DNA of 64,000 nucleotides from Eledone cirrhosa (GCA_964016885.1 OZ024743.1:366358001-366422000), one strand, 5' to 3'; positions 42,417 to 56,959 are shown, counted from the first letter of the stretch. Made by a program: numbers and translations. The notes: generated by a model not told the origin, from the sequence alone.

Positions 42417-44052
42417 TATGTATGTGTGTGGGATATTTATGTATTAAATGTTCAAATTATAAAATTTTGTTGGAAATATTTCCAACAATATTTCCATAAA
42501 TATCACCAATGACGGCGAAGTAGAATTAGAAAAACTGTTTCATTGTAAAATAATCACTCCAGATATTTTAGCACCTCATTTACTTAGAATTTAAAGTTGG
42601 TGAAAATCAGCTAAATATTGACCTCGAATATAAGCAGCATGTGTGTGTGTTAATGTGTAAATAAAAGCATACATTTTAAATATATGACACATTAATCCTC
42701 ATAAAGAATTAAATCATTACTCCTTACTTAAAATTGGCTATAAACCTAATCAAAAGCACGATAAATAATCCTTATAGATAATTATGTATGTATGTGAGTA
42801 TGTATGTATGTGTGTGTAATATGTACTTGTTTCTATATATTGTATAAGTACATATAGATGGATGGATAGATGTGGGTATACATTAGTATGGATATATGGA
42901 TGGATATGTGTATATGTGGACGAATGTGTATGTGTATGTACAAATAGATAGATGTTTGATGTATGAACATACATATCTACTATTGTGTGTTGTCTGTTTT
43001 GTCACTTTTATGATATATGGCAGGTAAATAAATCTATTGTACACAAGCTGAAATGACCGGGAGTTATTTGAATTATTAATATGACCATGTAGAATGAAGA
43101 AAAGGCAATGATACATATATAATTATTACTACTAACAATGTCATCATGACTTAACTAACTTAAGTACCAATGTCATCTTGACCTAGCTAATTCAATATAT
43201 AATTACTACTGTCATCACCATCTAAGTATAATTAATCAAGGATGTCATTAGGCAACAGAAATATGACTATATATAAGGATTAAAAATATAATAGGAATAA
43301 TAATAATCTACCTGTTACTGATCCCTTTCCCATCCCAACCTTTGTTCAATATGTACAGGTGTTTATTTAGAACATAACTTTTTTTTATTCACTAAGCAGA
43401 AAGATCTGTTGGTAAAACATGCTAGTTTCTTATCTCTATTTATGGCACTAGTTGCTTTTGTAAAGGTTAAATGTGTTCATAAGATGTAGAGTGGTGATGG
43501 AGATGTTTGAGTGAGAGGTCAAGTTTTTGATGAAAGTTAATAATTGATAAATTATGTGTGGCTCTGGTTTTAGTCTCTTATTAACCCTAGACTGACCTAA
43601 ACAATACCATCGGCTGTATTGTCTGTCTCTGTCTTCATGCTAGTGTGTCTTTATACCTGTGTCTATGAAGGAGAATTTACAACAGGTAGTAGTTTACTTT
43701 AGACATTGGCTGTCAACAGAAAGTAAGTGGTTTCTATCTCTTTCATCACATATCTCTTTTTTTATGTTTTAATCAGGTAGAGAAAGGTAGTGCCTATGAC
43801 CTTTTTCAGGTCCTCAGAGACTGGTGGAAAGGAGAAAGATAACTTCAAATTAGAGACGATGAGCTGGTGACAATTGTCACGTTCTGAGACAATTCAGGTC
43901 AAGTGATCATATCTGGCTTGGTTTATATAGGTAGATGTCTTTCCAAATGCCACATTATAGTGTGGGCAAGAGGCTGCTTCGTGTCACCAACATGACCATC
44001 TTACAGGCATGATGGACTGGATGCATTGTTGTTGTAGCACAAGATCTCTCTC

Positions 44053-44099
<47 letters not shown>

Positions 44100-44104
<5 letters not shown>

Positions 44105-44694
44105 TCTTCACGGAAGAATACCAACAGGATATTTGAGTCTTTCAACAACGCTGACAGAAACATCAGGTTTTGCATGGAATATCCCACTGACTTCGGGTCC
44201 CTCGCCCTGGTCGACTTCAGACTGGACATCACTGAAAGCTGTGAAATCCCCACCAATGTCTACCACAAAGTGGCCAGCAGGGACCTTTTTGTCCACTATA
44301 AATCTGCTCTCCCCAACAGTTTTAAAACAGAGTATATTTCTAATGAAATTGCTTGCATACACAATTGATGCAGCGATGTTACGAATAGAGCCACCCATAT
44401 CAGATGGTTCCACTGGGTGTTAGAGACCAATGGCTACCCAGCTTCCTTCTCCATCCCATACCTCAACGAAGAAACCACCAATGCCATATGCAAAGCCATG
44501 AAAAGAGAAGGCCTCAATATCAGACTGGCTCACTCGGGACCTTCCTTGCAAAGATATCCACAAGACAACCCCTGTAAAGATAACCAATGCACACTAGCCG
44601 ATTGCCCTATCCACAACTAGAATTGTTGCCTAAGCGCCTACGTGGTATACAGCTTAAAATGTGACAAGTGTAGCCAATTCTACATTGGTAGCAC

Positions 44695-44698
<4 letters not shown>
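44100..44698 (+). mobile_element. Penelope-like element fragment (RT thumb to GIY-YIG endonuclease)
   Basis: LALVDFRL..TNVYHK..FVHYKSALP; SIPYL; CTLADCPIH; VVYSLKCDKCSQFYIGST. Confidence 0.88.
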
Positions 44699-44781
<83 letters not shown>

Positions 44782-44893
44782 CGTTTCTGAATTTGTTTAG
44801 CAAGATTCTTTATCTGAAATCGTGTGTTGAAACCGATATTGTTATACTTTGGCATGTTTCTTATTGGCAACATGACCCTCCCAAAGTATAACA

Positions 44894-45720
<827 letters not shown>

Positions 45721-45762
45721 ATGATATTAAATAAATAGAAACTATATTTATAAAACCATATT

Positions 45763-45827
45763 TATTTTATTATGTATATTTCAAGGGCAACCAAGCCAAC
45801 CTTGGTGCGCTTTCATCAGATAAAATA
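45763..45827 (-). ncRNA. Minimal type I hammerhead ribozyme motif (family H1, copy 2)
   Basis: Minus strand: tattttat CTGATGA aagcgcaccaag-gttgg-cttggttgccctt GAAA tataca TA ataaaata; perfect 8-bp stem I. Confidence 0.72.
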
Positions 45828-46110
45828 CAAAGTTTGTTTTATAAATAAAGACGTACCCATGAAAATCATACCTTATCAGTCAGAAATTCATTGGATAGGG
45901 GAACCATATTCCAACAAATTAAATACAACTTCTACATATATATATATCGAAACGGCTTGAGCTCAGCCGTCAGGGTCTTACTTACTCCTATTACCCACTC
46001 TACTACCCTAAGTATTGAGTACTTTGGTGCGTTATGGTCCACCTGGTTCCTTACCACTTTTCCTTCGCTATATATATATATATATATATATACAATGGTA
46101 TAAAACCATA

Positions 46111-46164
46111 TTTAATATTTCAAGGGTACCTAAAGACTTTGGTACGCTTTCTTCAGATAAAATA
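46111..46164 (-). ncRNA. Hammerhead family H1 copy 3, 3' side deleted
   Basis: tattttat CTGAAGA aagcgtacc-aaagtcttta-ggtaccctt GAAA, then stem III/I partner missing. Confidence 0.55.
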
Positions 46165-46237
46165 CAAAGTTTGTTTTATAAATAGAGACATACCCAGGAA
46201 AATCATACCTTATCAGTTAGATATTCTCTGGATATTT

Positions 46238-46307
46238 GCCTTGTCTAATGAACGAATGCAGACGTGTCTTGTATTCGTCTTATTCGGGAAACCTCTGGTA
46301 ATGAGGT
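46238..46307 (+). ncRNA. Unrelated degenerate type I hammerhead motif
   Basis: gccttgt CTAATGA [acgaatgca..tgtattcgt hairpin] GAAA cc-tct-gg TA atgaggt; core G5 mutated to A. Confidence 0.4.
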
Positions 46308-46337
46308 AATTATACTGTATTGTTTATTATACATTAA

Positions 46338-46370
<33 letters not shown>

Positions 46371-46377
46371 CACACAT

Positions 46378-46540
46378 ATACACTGTAAACGTGGTTGGTG
46401 TTAGGAAGTGCATCCGGCCATAGAAAACCCGCCAGACAGTCCTATACGAGCAAGACAACCAATCTTGCCTCACGTGGGACAATTCCCGTCTAAACCCATG
46501 CTAGCGTGGAAGATAGACGTTAAAAGACGATGATGATGAT
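46378..46540 (+). mobile_element. RTE 3' tail fragment
   Basis: GGTTGGTGTTAGGAAG..CCCATGCTAGCGTGGA..(GAT)n. Confidence 0.85.
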
Positions 46541-46571
46541 ATACATATATATATATACATATATATATATA

Positions 46572-46628
46572 CATAGTGCTACCAATGTAGAATTGGCTAC
46601 ACTTGTCACATTTTAAGGTGTATACCAC
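46572..46628 (-). mobile_element. Inverted copy of the GIY-YIG coding segment
   Basis: VVYTLKCDKCSQFYIGST; one mismatch to 44642-44698. Confidence 0.85.
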
Positions 46629-46629
46629 T

Positions 46630-46754
46630 GCCCAAAGCAGTGTGAAATAAAGTGACTTGCTCAAGGAAACAACACATCACCTGGTCCGAGAATTGGACTC
46701 CCAACCTTTCAATTGCAAGTCCAATGCTCTAACCACTAAGCCATGTGCCTTCAC
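46630..46754 (-). mobile_element. tRNA-derived SINE (family 2), 5' part
   Basis: TGGCTTAGTGGTTAGAGCATTGGACTTGCAAT..GAGTCCAATTCTC..CCTTGAGCAAGTCACTT. Confidence 0.75.
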
Positions 46755-46784
46755 ACACACATATATATATATATATATAAAAAA

Positions 46785-47070
46785 ACCATTATGTTGGTGC
46801 CACAACATCCAGGCCGAAACAAATGAGATCGTGTAGGTGTCACGACAAAAAAACACATAGTCCACGCTGTAATGTGGCCGTGTAGGCAACACGGTAAAAA
46901 CCTGCCAGCCCCACACTGTAAATATGGTTGGTGTTAGGAAGGGCATCCAGCTGTAGAAAACCCGCCAGACAGTCCTATGCGAGCAAGACAATCACTCTTG
47001 CCTCAAGTGGGAAAACCCCCGTCCAAACCCATGCAAGCGTGGAACATGGACGTTAAACGATGATGATGAT
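46785..47070 (+). mobile_element. RTE subfamily B 3' UTR
   Basis: Matches 52360-52650. Confidence 0.9.
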
Positions 47071-47112
47071 ATATATATATATATATATATATATGTATAC
47101 ATATATATATGT

Positions 47113-47166
<54 letters not shown>

Positions 47167-47513
47167 ACATATATATATGTATACATATATATATGTATAT
47201 ATATATATATGTATACATATGTATATGTATACATATATATATGTATATATATATATGTATATATATGTGGAAGTTGTATTTAAATTGTTGGTATACAACA
47301 AGCAAATATTTTTATAACTGATATAAAGCACTCAACAAATTATTGGAGCAAAGATACATTATATTAACAAATGGAAACTATATTTATAAAACCATATTTA
47401 TTTCATTATACATATTTCAAGGATACCAAGTCAAATTATGATGCGCTTCCAACAGAAATGGTCGCATTCTTTAAGGGTATGTCAATATTTATTTATAAAA
47501 CTGATCTATATTA

Positions 47514-47578
47514 TATTTTATCTGATGAAAGCGCACCATAATTTGACTTGGTGTCCTTGAAATATGTATAATGAAATA
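47514..47578 (+). ncRNA. Minimal type I hammerhead ribozyme motif (family H1, copy 4), in right arm of a 97-bp inverted repeat
   Basis: tattttat CTGATGA aagcgcacca-taatttgact-tggtgtcctt GAAA tatgta TA atgaaata; left arm 47360-47456 carries an antisense copy with mutated core (CTGTTGG). Confidence 0.72.
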
Positions 47579-47624
47579 AATATGGTTTTATAAATATAGT
47601 TTCCATTTGTTAATATATCGTATG

Positions 47625-47655
<31 letters not shown>

Positions 47656-47670
47656 GTATATATATATATG

Positions 47671-47721
<51 letters not shown>

Positions 47722-47735
47722 GTATATATATATAT

Positions 47736-50700
47736 TTTGTAACCCTCATTTTCTCTACCATACTGCCTCTCTATCTGTCTATTTTTCCATCAAAGGCTAC
47801 AGGCCATGAATGGCTATTATTATTATTGTAGCTGTATTCATTTCTATCGGTTATCTTGCCATGCTGTATTCACTTCTATCGGTTATTTTGATAGCCACGA
47901 CTGGCTGCCTTCCTCACAATTTCCCTCCCACCACCATAGCCTATTCGACCAATCAAACCTCAGCATGCCATTTCTTCTACTACTACTACCTAACTCTCTC
48001 CTCCCCCGTCCCAGTCCAACACACCCTGCCATTATTACCACCACCACTGTTCTTCTAGCCCTGAATTTTCCTACCGTTATGTATGGATGAGCTGAGAATA
48101 AATTGGAGCAACTCTGAATTAATAGATGAAATGAATATGAATCCGCGAGCTACCAAGCACCCATGTGAAGCCCCAATCCAGAGAGAGGAAGCACACACAC
48201 ACCCTGCAAAAATCGACCCTTCCCTACGAGTGTCGACAAATGCCCAAAACTCTGAGTTGGTACCATCAATGTAAGCACAATGAAAGGAAGAGCAGGAGAA
48301 ATCGTAGAAAAGCTAGAGCGAAAGGAAATTGATGTATGCTGTGTGCAAGAGACTAGATGGAGAGGAGAGTCTGCTAGAGTCCTTGTAGGAAAAAGTCAGT
48401 GCTACAAATTTTTCTGGATGGGAAATGACGATGGGATGGGTGGTGTAGGTATACTACTAGCTGACAAGTGGGTAGATAAAGTAATCTCAGTGTACAGGGT
48501 AAATGCAAGAATCATTAAACTCAGACTAGTCCTGAATAAAACAATTACCACAATAATATCAGCCTACGCACCCCAATTGGGGTTGCCAGACGAACTTAAG
48601 GATAGATATTACGAGTCCCTAATGCACACTACTGCTCTAACAAACGACAATGACTTCCTAATCATCGCAGGAGATTTTAACAGACACGTAGGTAAACACA
48701 GTGACGGCTTCAATAGAGTCCATGGAGGCCACGGGGTTGGCACAAGAAATGAAGAAGGGTTCAGTTCTAGAATTCTGCGACGCCAATGACATGTCAATAT
48801 GTAACACAAACTTCAAAAAACCCGACAACCACCTGATCACCTATAGATCAGGGGAGCATTCTAGTCAGATAGATTTTATCCTCATCAGAGGACGTGACAG
48901 ATGGACGGTCGTAACAACAAAAGCCTACCCTAGTGAGGAATGTACCTCCCAACATAGCTTAGTTGTCAGCAACCTCACGGTCAGAACTAGACGAACCTGG
49001 AAACAGAGGCCAACCAGTAACAGATTTAAAGATATTTTACTCAACGCCTACGACAGTAAAGAAGAACAGATAGAGACATTCAATGTAGAAGAGAACTGGG
49101 AGTTCCTAAAAAATAATTTACTAGAGGCGACGGATGAGGTCTGTGGCTGGAGTAAGACCTCAAGCAGGAGGAGAGTGACTTGGTGGTGGAACAATAAGGT
49201 AGATGAAGCAGTTAAGGCCAAGAGACAGGCATGGAAAGAATGGAAGAACGGGGGAAGCAGGGTACATTACATAGAGACCAAGAGGGAAGCTAGGCGACAA
49301 GTATACTTAGCTAGGAGGGAAGCAGAGGATAGAAAATTCAAGCATGTTTTGCAACGTGAGGACCAGAAACAGGAGGTATTCAAGATTGCGAGGCAGTGTG
49401 TCAGAGATAGTTGTGATGTTATTGGAGAGAAGTGTATCCAGAATGATAAAGGTGAGCTTGCCCTCAAAAGTGCTGAGAAGAAAGATGCATGGAAGAGTCA
49501 TTATGATAGATTACTAAATGAGGAGAATGCATGGGAAGAAGAGACCCTACCCCAAGTAGACCCTATAGAGGGGCCAGCAGTACAAGTCAGCAGCAACGTA
49601 GTAAGTAAGGCAATCAAAGATATGAAGATGGGGAAGGCAACCGGTCCATCGGGTATAGCTTCCGAGATGCTGAAGGCATCTGGGTCTGTAGGTCACACTA
49701 TAACCACACGTATTGTTAACCAGGTAATACTAGGTGTCATACCAAAGGATTGGTGCAGTAGCATCATTGTCAACTGCTACAAAGGTAAAGGCGATGCACT
49801 AGATAGAGGAAACTATAGAGGTATAAAGTTGATGGACCAGGTCATGAAAGTAAGAGAAGGAGTTATAGCACAGATGATTAGGGACCGGGTGAAAATAGAC
49901 AAGATGCAATTTGGGTTTGTACCAGGAAGAGGCACCACTGATGCCCTCTTCCTTGTGAGGCAGTTACAGGAAAAGTACCTAGCTAAAAGTAAGCCACTCT
50001 ACTTGGCATTTGTCGACCTTGAGAAAGCCTTTGACAGAGTCCCACGTGCTGTAATCTGGTGGGCTCTTAGAAAACTAGGAGTAGATGAATGGCTTGTGAA
50101 AGCGGTACAAGCCATGTATAGGGGAGCAGTCAGCAAAGTTAGGATTAGCAATGAGTATAGCGAGGAATTTAGCGTACAGGTTGGGGTCCACCAGGGCTCT
50201 GTTCTGAGCCCCTTCCTGTTCATCATAGTCCTGCAGGCAATAACGGAGGAGTTTAAGACCGGATGCCCATGGGAACTCCTGTATGCTGATGACCTCGCAC
50301 TCAGAGCTGAATCTATGGTAGAACTAGAGAATAAATTCCAAACTTGGAAGCAAGGACTAGAAAGAAAGGGTCTCAAAGTTAACCTGACAAAGACTAAGGT
50401 CCTTGTAAGTAGACGAGAAAACAGAACCCAGATCCCCTCAGGGAAATGGCCTTGCTCAGTATGTAAGAAAGGTGTAGGTAGGAACTCCATTCTTTGCCCC
50501 AAATGCAAACAATGGGTACACAAGAGATGTAGCGGGATCTCAGGAAGCTTAATTAAGAATGTAGGCTTCACATGCAGCAGCTGTGCTGGGACAGCAAGCA
50601 GCAAACAGCCACAGGAAACAAGTACCACCAATCTCTGGGAGGGCTCTGTAGAAACAGTAGACAGCTTCGGCTACCTAGGTGACCGAATTAGCAACGGAGG

Positions 50701-51444
50701 TGGGTGTTCAGAAAGTACAATAACTAGGGTAAGAACGGGATGGAAGAAGTTTAGGGAACTACTACCACTGCTAACTGCAAAAGGCTTCTCCCTCAGAAAG
50801 AAAGGCAGACTGTATGATGCGTGTATCCGAACAGCAATGTTGCATGGTAGTGAGACCTGGGCGCTGAAGGTGGAAGACTTACGTAGGTTAGAGAGAAACG
50901 AAGCCTGCATGCTCCGATGGATGTGTAACAGTAATATACGTGAATGATAAAGCATAAATGAATTGAGAGACAGACTGAGCATAAGAGGAATCAAATGCTG
51001 TGTGGAGGAGAGGCGGTTGCGCTGGTATGGACATGTGATGCGTATGAAGGATGACAGCTGCATAAAAAGGTGCAGGAGTGGGGAGACCCAAGATGACCTG
51101 GGATGAGGTGATAAAAGCCGACCTTACCCAATTACACCTCTCAAAGGCAATGACACGACCGTGACCTCTGGCGTCACGCAGTAATACAGAGTACCCGACC
51201 TCCCATGGGTACAAGCTGAAGCATATAGACAATATGCCCCCACACCCCCCACCGCAAGGTGGTCGTGGAGGTGCCACGGCAAAAAAGCACCCAGCCCACA
51301 CTGTAAAGTGGACGTGTAGGCATAACGAAAAAGCACCCAGCACTCACTGTAAATGAGGTTGGTGTTAGGAAGGGCATCCAGCTGTAGAAATCAAGCCAAA
51401 TCAGTTCCTGTATGTGCAAGGCATGGTCAGCCGACCAGACACTA
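47736..51444 (+). mobile_element. Near full-length RTE-clade LINE (subfamily A), 3' tip missing
   Basis: 5' leader, APE, RT, C-terminal region and 3' UTR; TA arrays on both sides. Confidence 0.95.
48253..51219 (+). pseudogene. LINE ORF: apurinic-like endonuclease + reverse transcriptase with inserted PHD-like finger; disrupted
   Basis: VGTINV, CVQETRW, SAYAPQ, GDFN, SQIDF; QFGFVPG, FVDLEKAFD, QGSVLSP, LYADD, GYLG; frameshift near 48765, stops at 50945-50950, later deletions. Confidence 0.95.
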
Positions 51445-51578
51445 TATGTATGTATATATATATATATATATGTATGTATATATATATATATATGTATGTA
51501 TATATATATATGTATATATTTATATATGTATATGTATGTGTCTCTATGTGTATATGTATGTATGTATATATATGTATG

Positions 51579-51670
<92 letters not shown>

Positions 51671-51675
<5 letters not shown>

Positions 51676-52652
51676 GGGTGATAAAATCATTACCTGGGTG
51701 ATAAAATCAGCAGTGGGGGAGGGTGCTCTGAAAGTACAGTAGCTAGAGTCAGAACTGGTTGGAAAAAGTTCAGAGAGCTTATACCACTATTAGCTGCTAA
51801 AGGGTTCTCCCTAAAAATGAAAGGCAGGTTGTACGATGCCTGCATACGAACAGCAATGTTGCATGGCAGTGAGACCTGGGCATTGTGTGCAGAGGATATA
51901 CGCAGACTAGAGAGGAACGAAGCTTGCATGCTCCGCTGGATGTGTAACAGTAATATACGTGAACGGCAAAGCATAAACGAACTAAGGAAAAAATTAGAAA
52001 TAAGAGGGATCAGATGTTGCTTACTCGAGAGAAGGCTACGTTGGTATGGACACGTGATGCACATGAAAGTCGATAGCTGTATAACAAAGTGCAGGGCAAT
52101 AAAGATAGACGGTAGCCACGGAATAGGCAGACCTAGAAAAACCTGGGACGAGCTGATAAACTCTGACCTCACACACTTACACCTCTCCAAGACAATGTCA
52201 CTGGACCGAGACCTTTGGCGGTACTCAGTAACAGAGAAGACCCGCCTTACCTAAATACATAGTAAAACCTACTACAGCCAGTAGGCATCTCTAACCCCCC
52301 CCCCCCCCCGTCCCACCACCCCCAACCCATCCACGCCACCCCGTTCTATGTAAAGTTGTGTTGGTGCCACACCATCCAGGCCGAAACAAATGAGATCGTG
52401 TAGGTGTCACGACAAAAAAACACACAGTCCACGCTGTAATGTGGCCGTGTAGGCAACACGGTAAAAACCTCCCAGACCCACGCTGTAAATGTGGTTGGTG
52501 TTAGGAAGGGCATCCAACTGTAGAAAACCTGCCAGACAGTCCTATGCGAGCAAGACAATCACTCTTGCCTCAAGTGGGACTACCCCCGTCCAAACCCATG
52601 CAAGCGTGGAACACGGACGTTAAACGCTGATGATGATGATGATGATGATGAT
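51671..52652 (+). mobile_element. 5'-truncated RTE LINE subfamily B with 19-bp duplication at the 5' junction
   Basis: TACCTGGGTGATAAAATCA x2; ORF 51817-52254; (GAT)n tail into (TA)n. Confidence 0.95.
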
Positions 52653-53712
52653 ATATATATATATATATATGTATATCGGTGTGTATTTTATGTATGAGTA
52701 TATATTTTATTTGTTTATTTTTTTTAATATATTTCTTTTTATTTCTAAATTTATAGATACATTTTATAAATAGGCAGTTCTCTGACACCCTTAGTAATTA
52801 CTGACCCCCTTCACCTACTTCTGCATCTAGATGTAAAAATGTACGTGGCAGTGTTTATGTGTGCGCCTTAATATCCATATAGTTATAATAATAATATATA
52901 CATATGTGTGTGTGTGTGTGTGTATGTTCGTGGGTATGTGTATGTTTATGTGTATATGCGCGTGTGTGTGTGAATGTATGTATATGTGTGTATATATGAA
53001 TGTATATATGTTTATATACGTATGTGTATTTTATCTGTAGATTATAAACATACAGAGGCATTAGCCCTGAATTTTTGTATTTACATACATTTTTTCGACA
53101 TGCGTATGCATGTGAACATATATTTTTATGCATATCTGTGAACGAAGTTACTTACATATATACACACACCTAACTGTATTTTCTTGATATATTTTTGTGT
53201 ATTTCATTGGCCAATTTGAACTCTGTTCCCAAACAGACCTGTAATTTTGAATTGTTGTTATTATCAATAAATATATTTCATTATTTCTGAAGACGGCATA
53301 TGTATGTGTTGGTATGTATATTATATTTGATAGTTTGTATAATTTTGTATAATTTTGTACATAGATCTGTTGAATATGCATGCCAATTCTAACACATATA
53401 TGTCCTAGAAACGATCGTTAGATAATGAACTTTTTTTGTTTAATATAAGGAACTGTTTCATTGTTTTATTCATTATTTTTTTAATACTTTATATGTATAT
53501 TTATATGTATGTATATATATATGTATATATATATATATGTATGTATATATATATGTATATATATATATATATGTAAATATATATATACAATTAACACTTA
53601 GAATTTAATATTCTATCATACTATTTCATTATAATACCATTATATATATTTTAAAGGATTGTAAATAAAACGAGTAAATCAGACAAAGTTGGAATTCCTC
53701 TTATTAATACAT

Positions 53713-53743
<31 letters not shown>

Positions 53744-53825
53744 TTGCACATATATAACTGTTGAGTGATTCCAATCTATTGTAAAACTCATTCTTTGATT
53801 TATTCATTGGACCTTGTTTAACTGT

Positions 53826-53874
<49 letters not shown>

Positions 53875-53889
53875 ATATATATATATATA

Positions 53890-53991
<102 letters not shown>

Positions 53992-54584
53992 ACCCACCTA
54001 ATGATTGCCAGCATGGAAAAATAGATTTTAAATGATGATGATGATGATGATGATATGTATACAGACACAAGCATTTATAGGTAGAAATTATCTTTTTTGA
54101 GCTAATCTTTTTTTACACACATACATATACTCTGTCTCTCACCCACACATATTTCTAGATAGAGGTTATATTTTTGTGCTAATCTTTTGTTTGAATATAA
54201 TTCTCATGTCCATACACCTCGCTATGTACTCCCACGCATGCTCTTTGTTCACAGCCAGCTGTCGCAGACAAATATTACTTTGTCCCACAGGAACTGTACC
54301 AAATTCTTTGTTAACTTACCCCAAAATCTTTACACTCCTTTACCATATGTACCGATTTTTATCTTTGAGGGGCTTATGTATTTGTACTTCCTCTCAGGCT
54401 GTCTGTGATGATGAATGTAACATGCATAAATGCACAGATGTGATCACATTTTACCAGATGTATGCACCGATCTACAAACAAAGACATGCACATATATATT
54501 TTAGAAAATGCCAGTATTGTAACAATAAATATAGAACTATGTGTGTCTATATATGCATATAGGTATGCATGTGTGTGTGTGTCC

Positions 54585-54620
<36 letters not shown>

Positions 54621-54686
54621 GCATTAACTGAAGAAAGCAGTGGCATAACTTCAAAGTTTTGTTGAGGGTGTCTTTCCCCCACCCCC

Positions 54687-54818
<132 letters not shown>

Positions 54819-56149
54819 ATCATCACATAGCCATTTTTCCATGTTAGCATGGGTTAGACAGGTTGTCCTGTTGTGGGACAAGTCAAATCAGGTGACCATG
54901 TCTTGCTCATACAGAACTGATTCTGGCTTGGTCTCTATGGATGGATACCCTTTCTAATGCCAACCACTACTTGTTACTAATTAAGTTGATATAACAAAAT
55001 TGATGATGATTTTATTTAATATTTTACTTATGCTTCACTATTACATAGAGAGAAACATATTAAGAATTGTATTCATCTCATGTATAAATTATACGCATGG
55101 AAACTCTAGTGCTTGTGTCATGATAAAATACACCAAGGACACAGTATTGTGGTTGTCATTAAGAAGGGCAACCTCTCCTAGAAACCATGTCAAAGATGGA
55201 ATGTATGAAGCAAGACATATTCCTCTGATTAAATACTGGCTTGGCCTGTAATGACCCATCCACAGAAAAACGGCTGAACATAGAAGACGATTCAAAGACA
55301 AGGGACAGTGGGGGCTTACATATATTCGAGTAAAAATTATAAACAAAAACAATTAACAAAGATATCAACAAGAGAATTCCCTAATAAGGGGGCATACCAC
55401 CCAGGGATGACGTTAGGAACCCTACAAATCCCAACCCACTCTCATCTCCAAAAGCACCCTAGGAGGGAACACCTCTTGGAGTTAAAATAATTATGACAAA
55501 ACTATTTGGAAAATCATCAGATGGAGTGACCTCTAATTCAAATGACCGGCCTTCTTACATACTGTCTCACACTGAATCTCTCTGAAAATTATATTAAGTG
55601 TACATGTTTTTGTAGAATACTTAGACATATATATACATGTTAATTTAATTAGTCGGCAGTTCTGTTGATAAAAAAAACTGGAAGACTGAGTTTTTTCTGT
55701 AATTCATATGGCAAACCTTGTTACATACTGTATCACACTGATTCTCCCTGAATACATGTATTTGCGGAAAACTTAGTCACACACATGTTAATTTTTTTTT
55801 ACATCAAGCCACCTGAAACTGGCCCTGGTCCTACGATATAAAACTTTATTTTTAACTGCTATATTTATCTAAAAACCTTCCATCACCATTTTATGTTATG
55901 TTCCAAATGGCAACTTGATAATGTGAAAGTTATACTACTAATTAAATTACTAAGCCCCTTTGAATATTCGATTATTTTCAGAATTAACTGAAACAAAGAC
56001 TGTCTTTCATTAAAAATATGGTAGCGAAGGGGTACATTTATTGAGTAGAATTTCTGTTGATCAGATAACTGGAACATTCATCGCCAATACCAATGGAGGT
56101 TCATATATTTTTATAGATTATATATTTTAGTTTTGCTGTTTGCTGTGTG

Positions 56150-56420
56150 CAGTCTCTTATAACCTGAAAAAATACTGTTCAATGTGGTTTATAATTTGTT
56201 GTGCATTGTAACAAAAGTTTCAGGCAGAACTGTTATTATTTGAAATGGTTATGATGTATTGTGGCCATGTTTCATTTTATTATGTTCAGTTGGTGATCTG
56301 GGGAGTTTTCATATGTTCTCTTGTTTTTGTTGTTATTCTTTTGTCTGTTGCGTAAATGATATTGATGTGTTTGTTATATGAGATGTTTAGAATTTCAGCC
56401 TTTTGTTTGGTTCTATATTT
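56150..56420 (-). mobile_element. Possible very decayed GIY-YIG/Penelope-like fragment
   Basis: ATDKRITTKTREHMK..TEH..KHGH..FQII resembles a GIY-YIG C-terminal half. Confidence 0.3.
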
Positions 56421-56959
56421 CAGCTTTTTGTTTGGTTGTATACTCTGGTGCTGGCGATGGTATTTATGGTGTTGGTGGTAGGGTGTGTATGAATAACAAT
56501 ACTGATACTTACTGAGGTGAGAGGGGGTGAAAGAGTTGGTGTGTTTATGTTTTTGTTGTTATTTGCTTTATCGATAGTCGTTCAAATATATAGTGATGGT
56601 GCTGGTGGTAGTGTGACACTAAAGAAAACTCAAGATGTTGTAGAAATCTGAAACATCACATGAAGTAATTCTGTATAGTTAACCAAATAGTCTGAAGTGT
56701 TGAGTAGTGGCTTTCATTCATTGTAGATATTTACCAAGATACATTTAAATTTTCCATTAAAATCTTGAAATTTGACGTCAATTCTGCCTGAAAAGTCATG
56801 TAGCTAAGATAGGCAGCCACAGGAATGTATATTTACCATATATCTGTGGAATACTAAGCCATTTACAAACTAATTCCATGGATATGTAGTTCAGTTGATC
56901 AAATGACAGAATATGCATGGAAATTGACAGAGATCTATTAAATGTTGTTGTTGGTGGTG

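Noticed and set aside
42467-42488. Perfect 22-bp palindrome TTGTTGGAAATATTTCCAACAA
   Set aside because: Isolated and AT-rich, with no supporting context
46680-46750. tRNA-like sequences at SINE heads (also 6675, 20493, 58841)
   Set aside because: No complete cloverleaf; continue into SINE bodies, so SINE heads rather than tRNA genes
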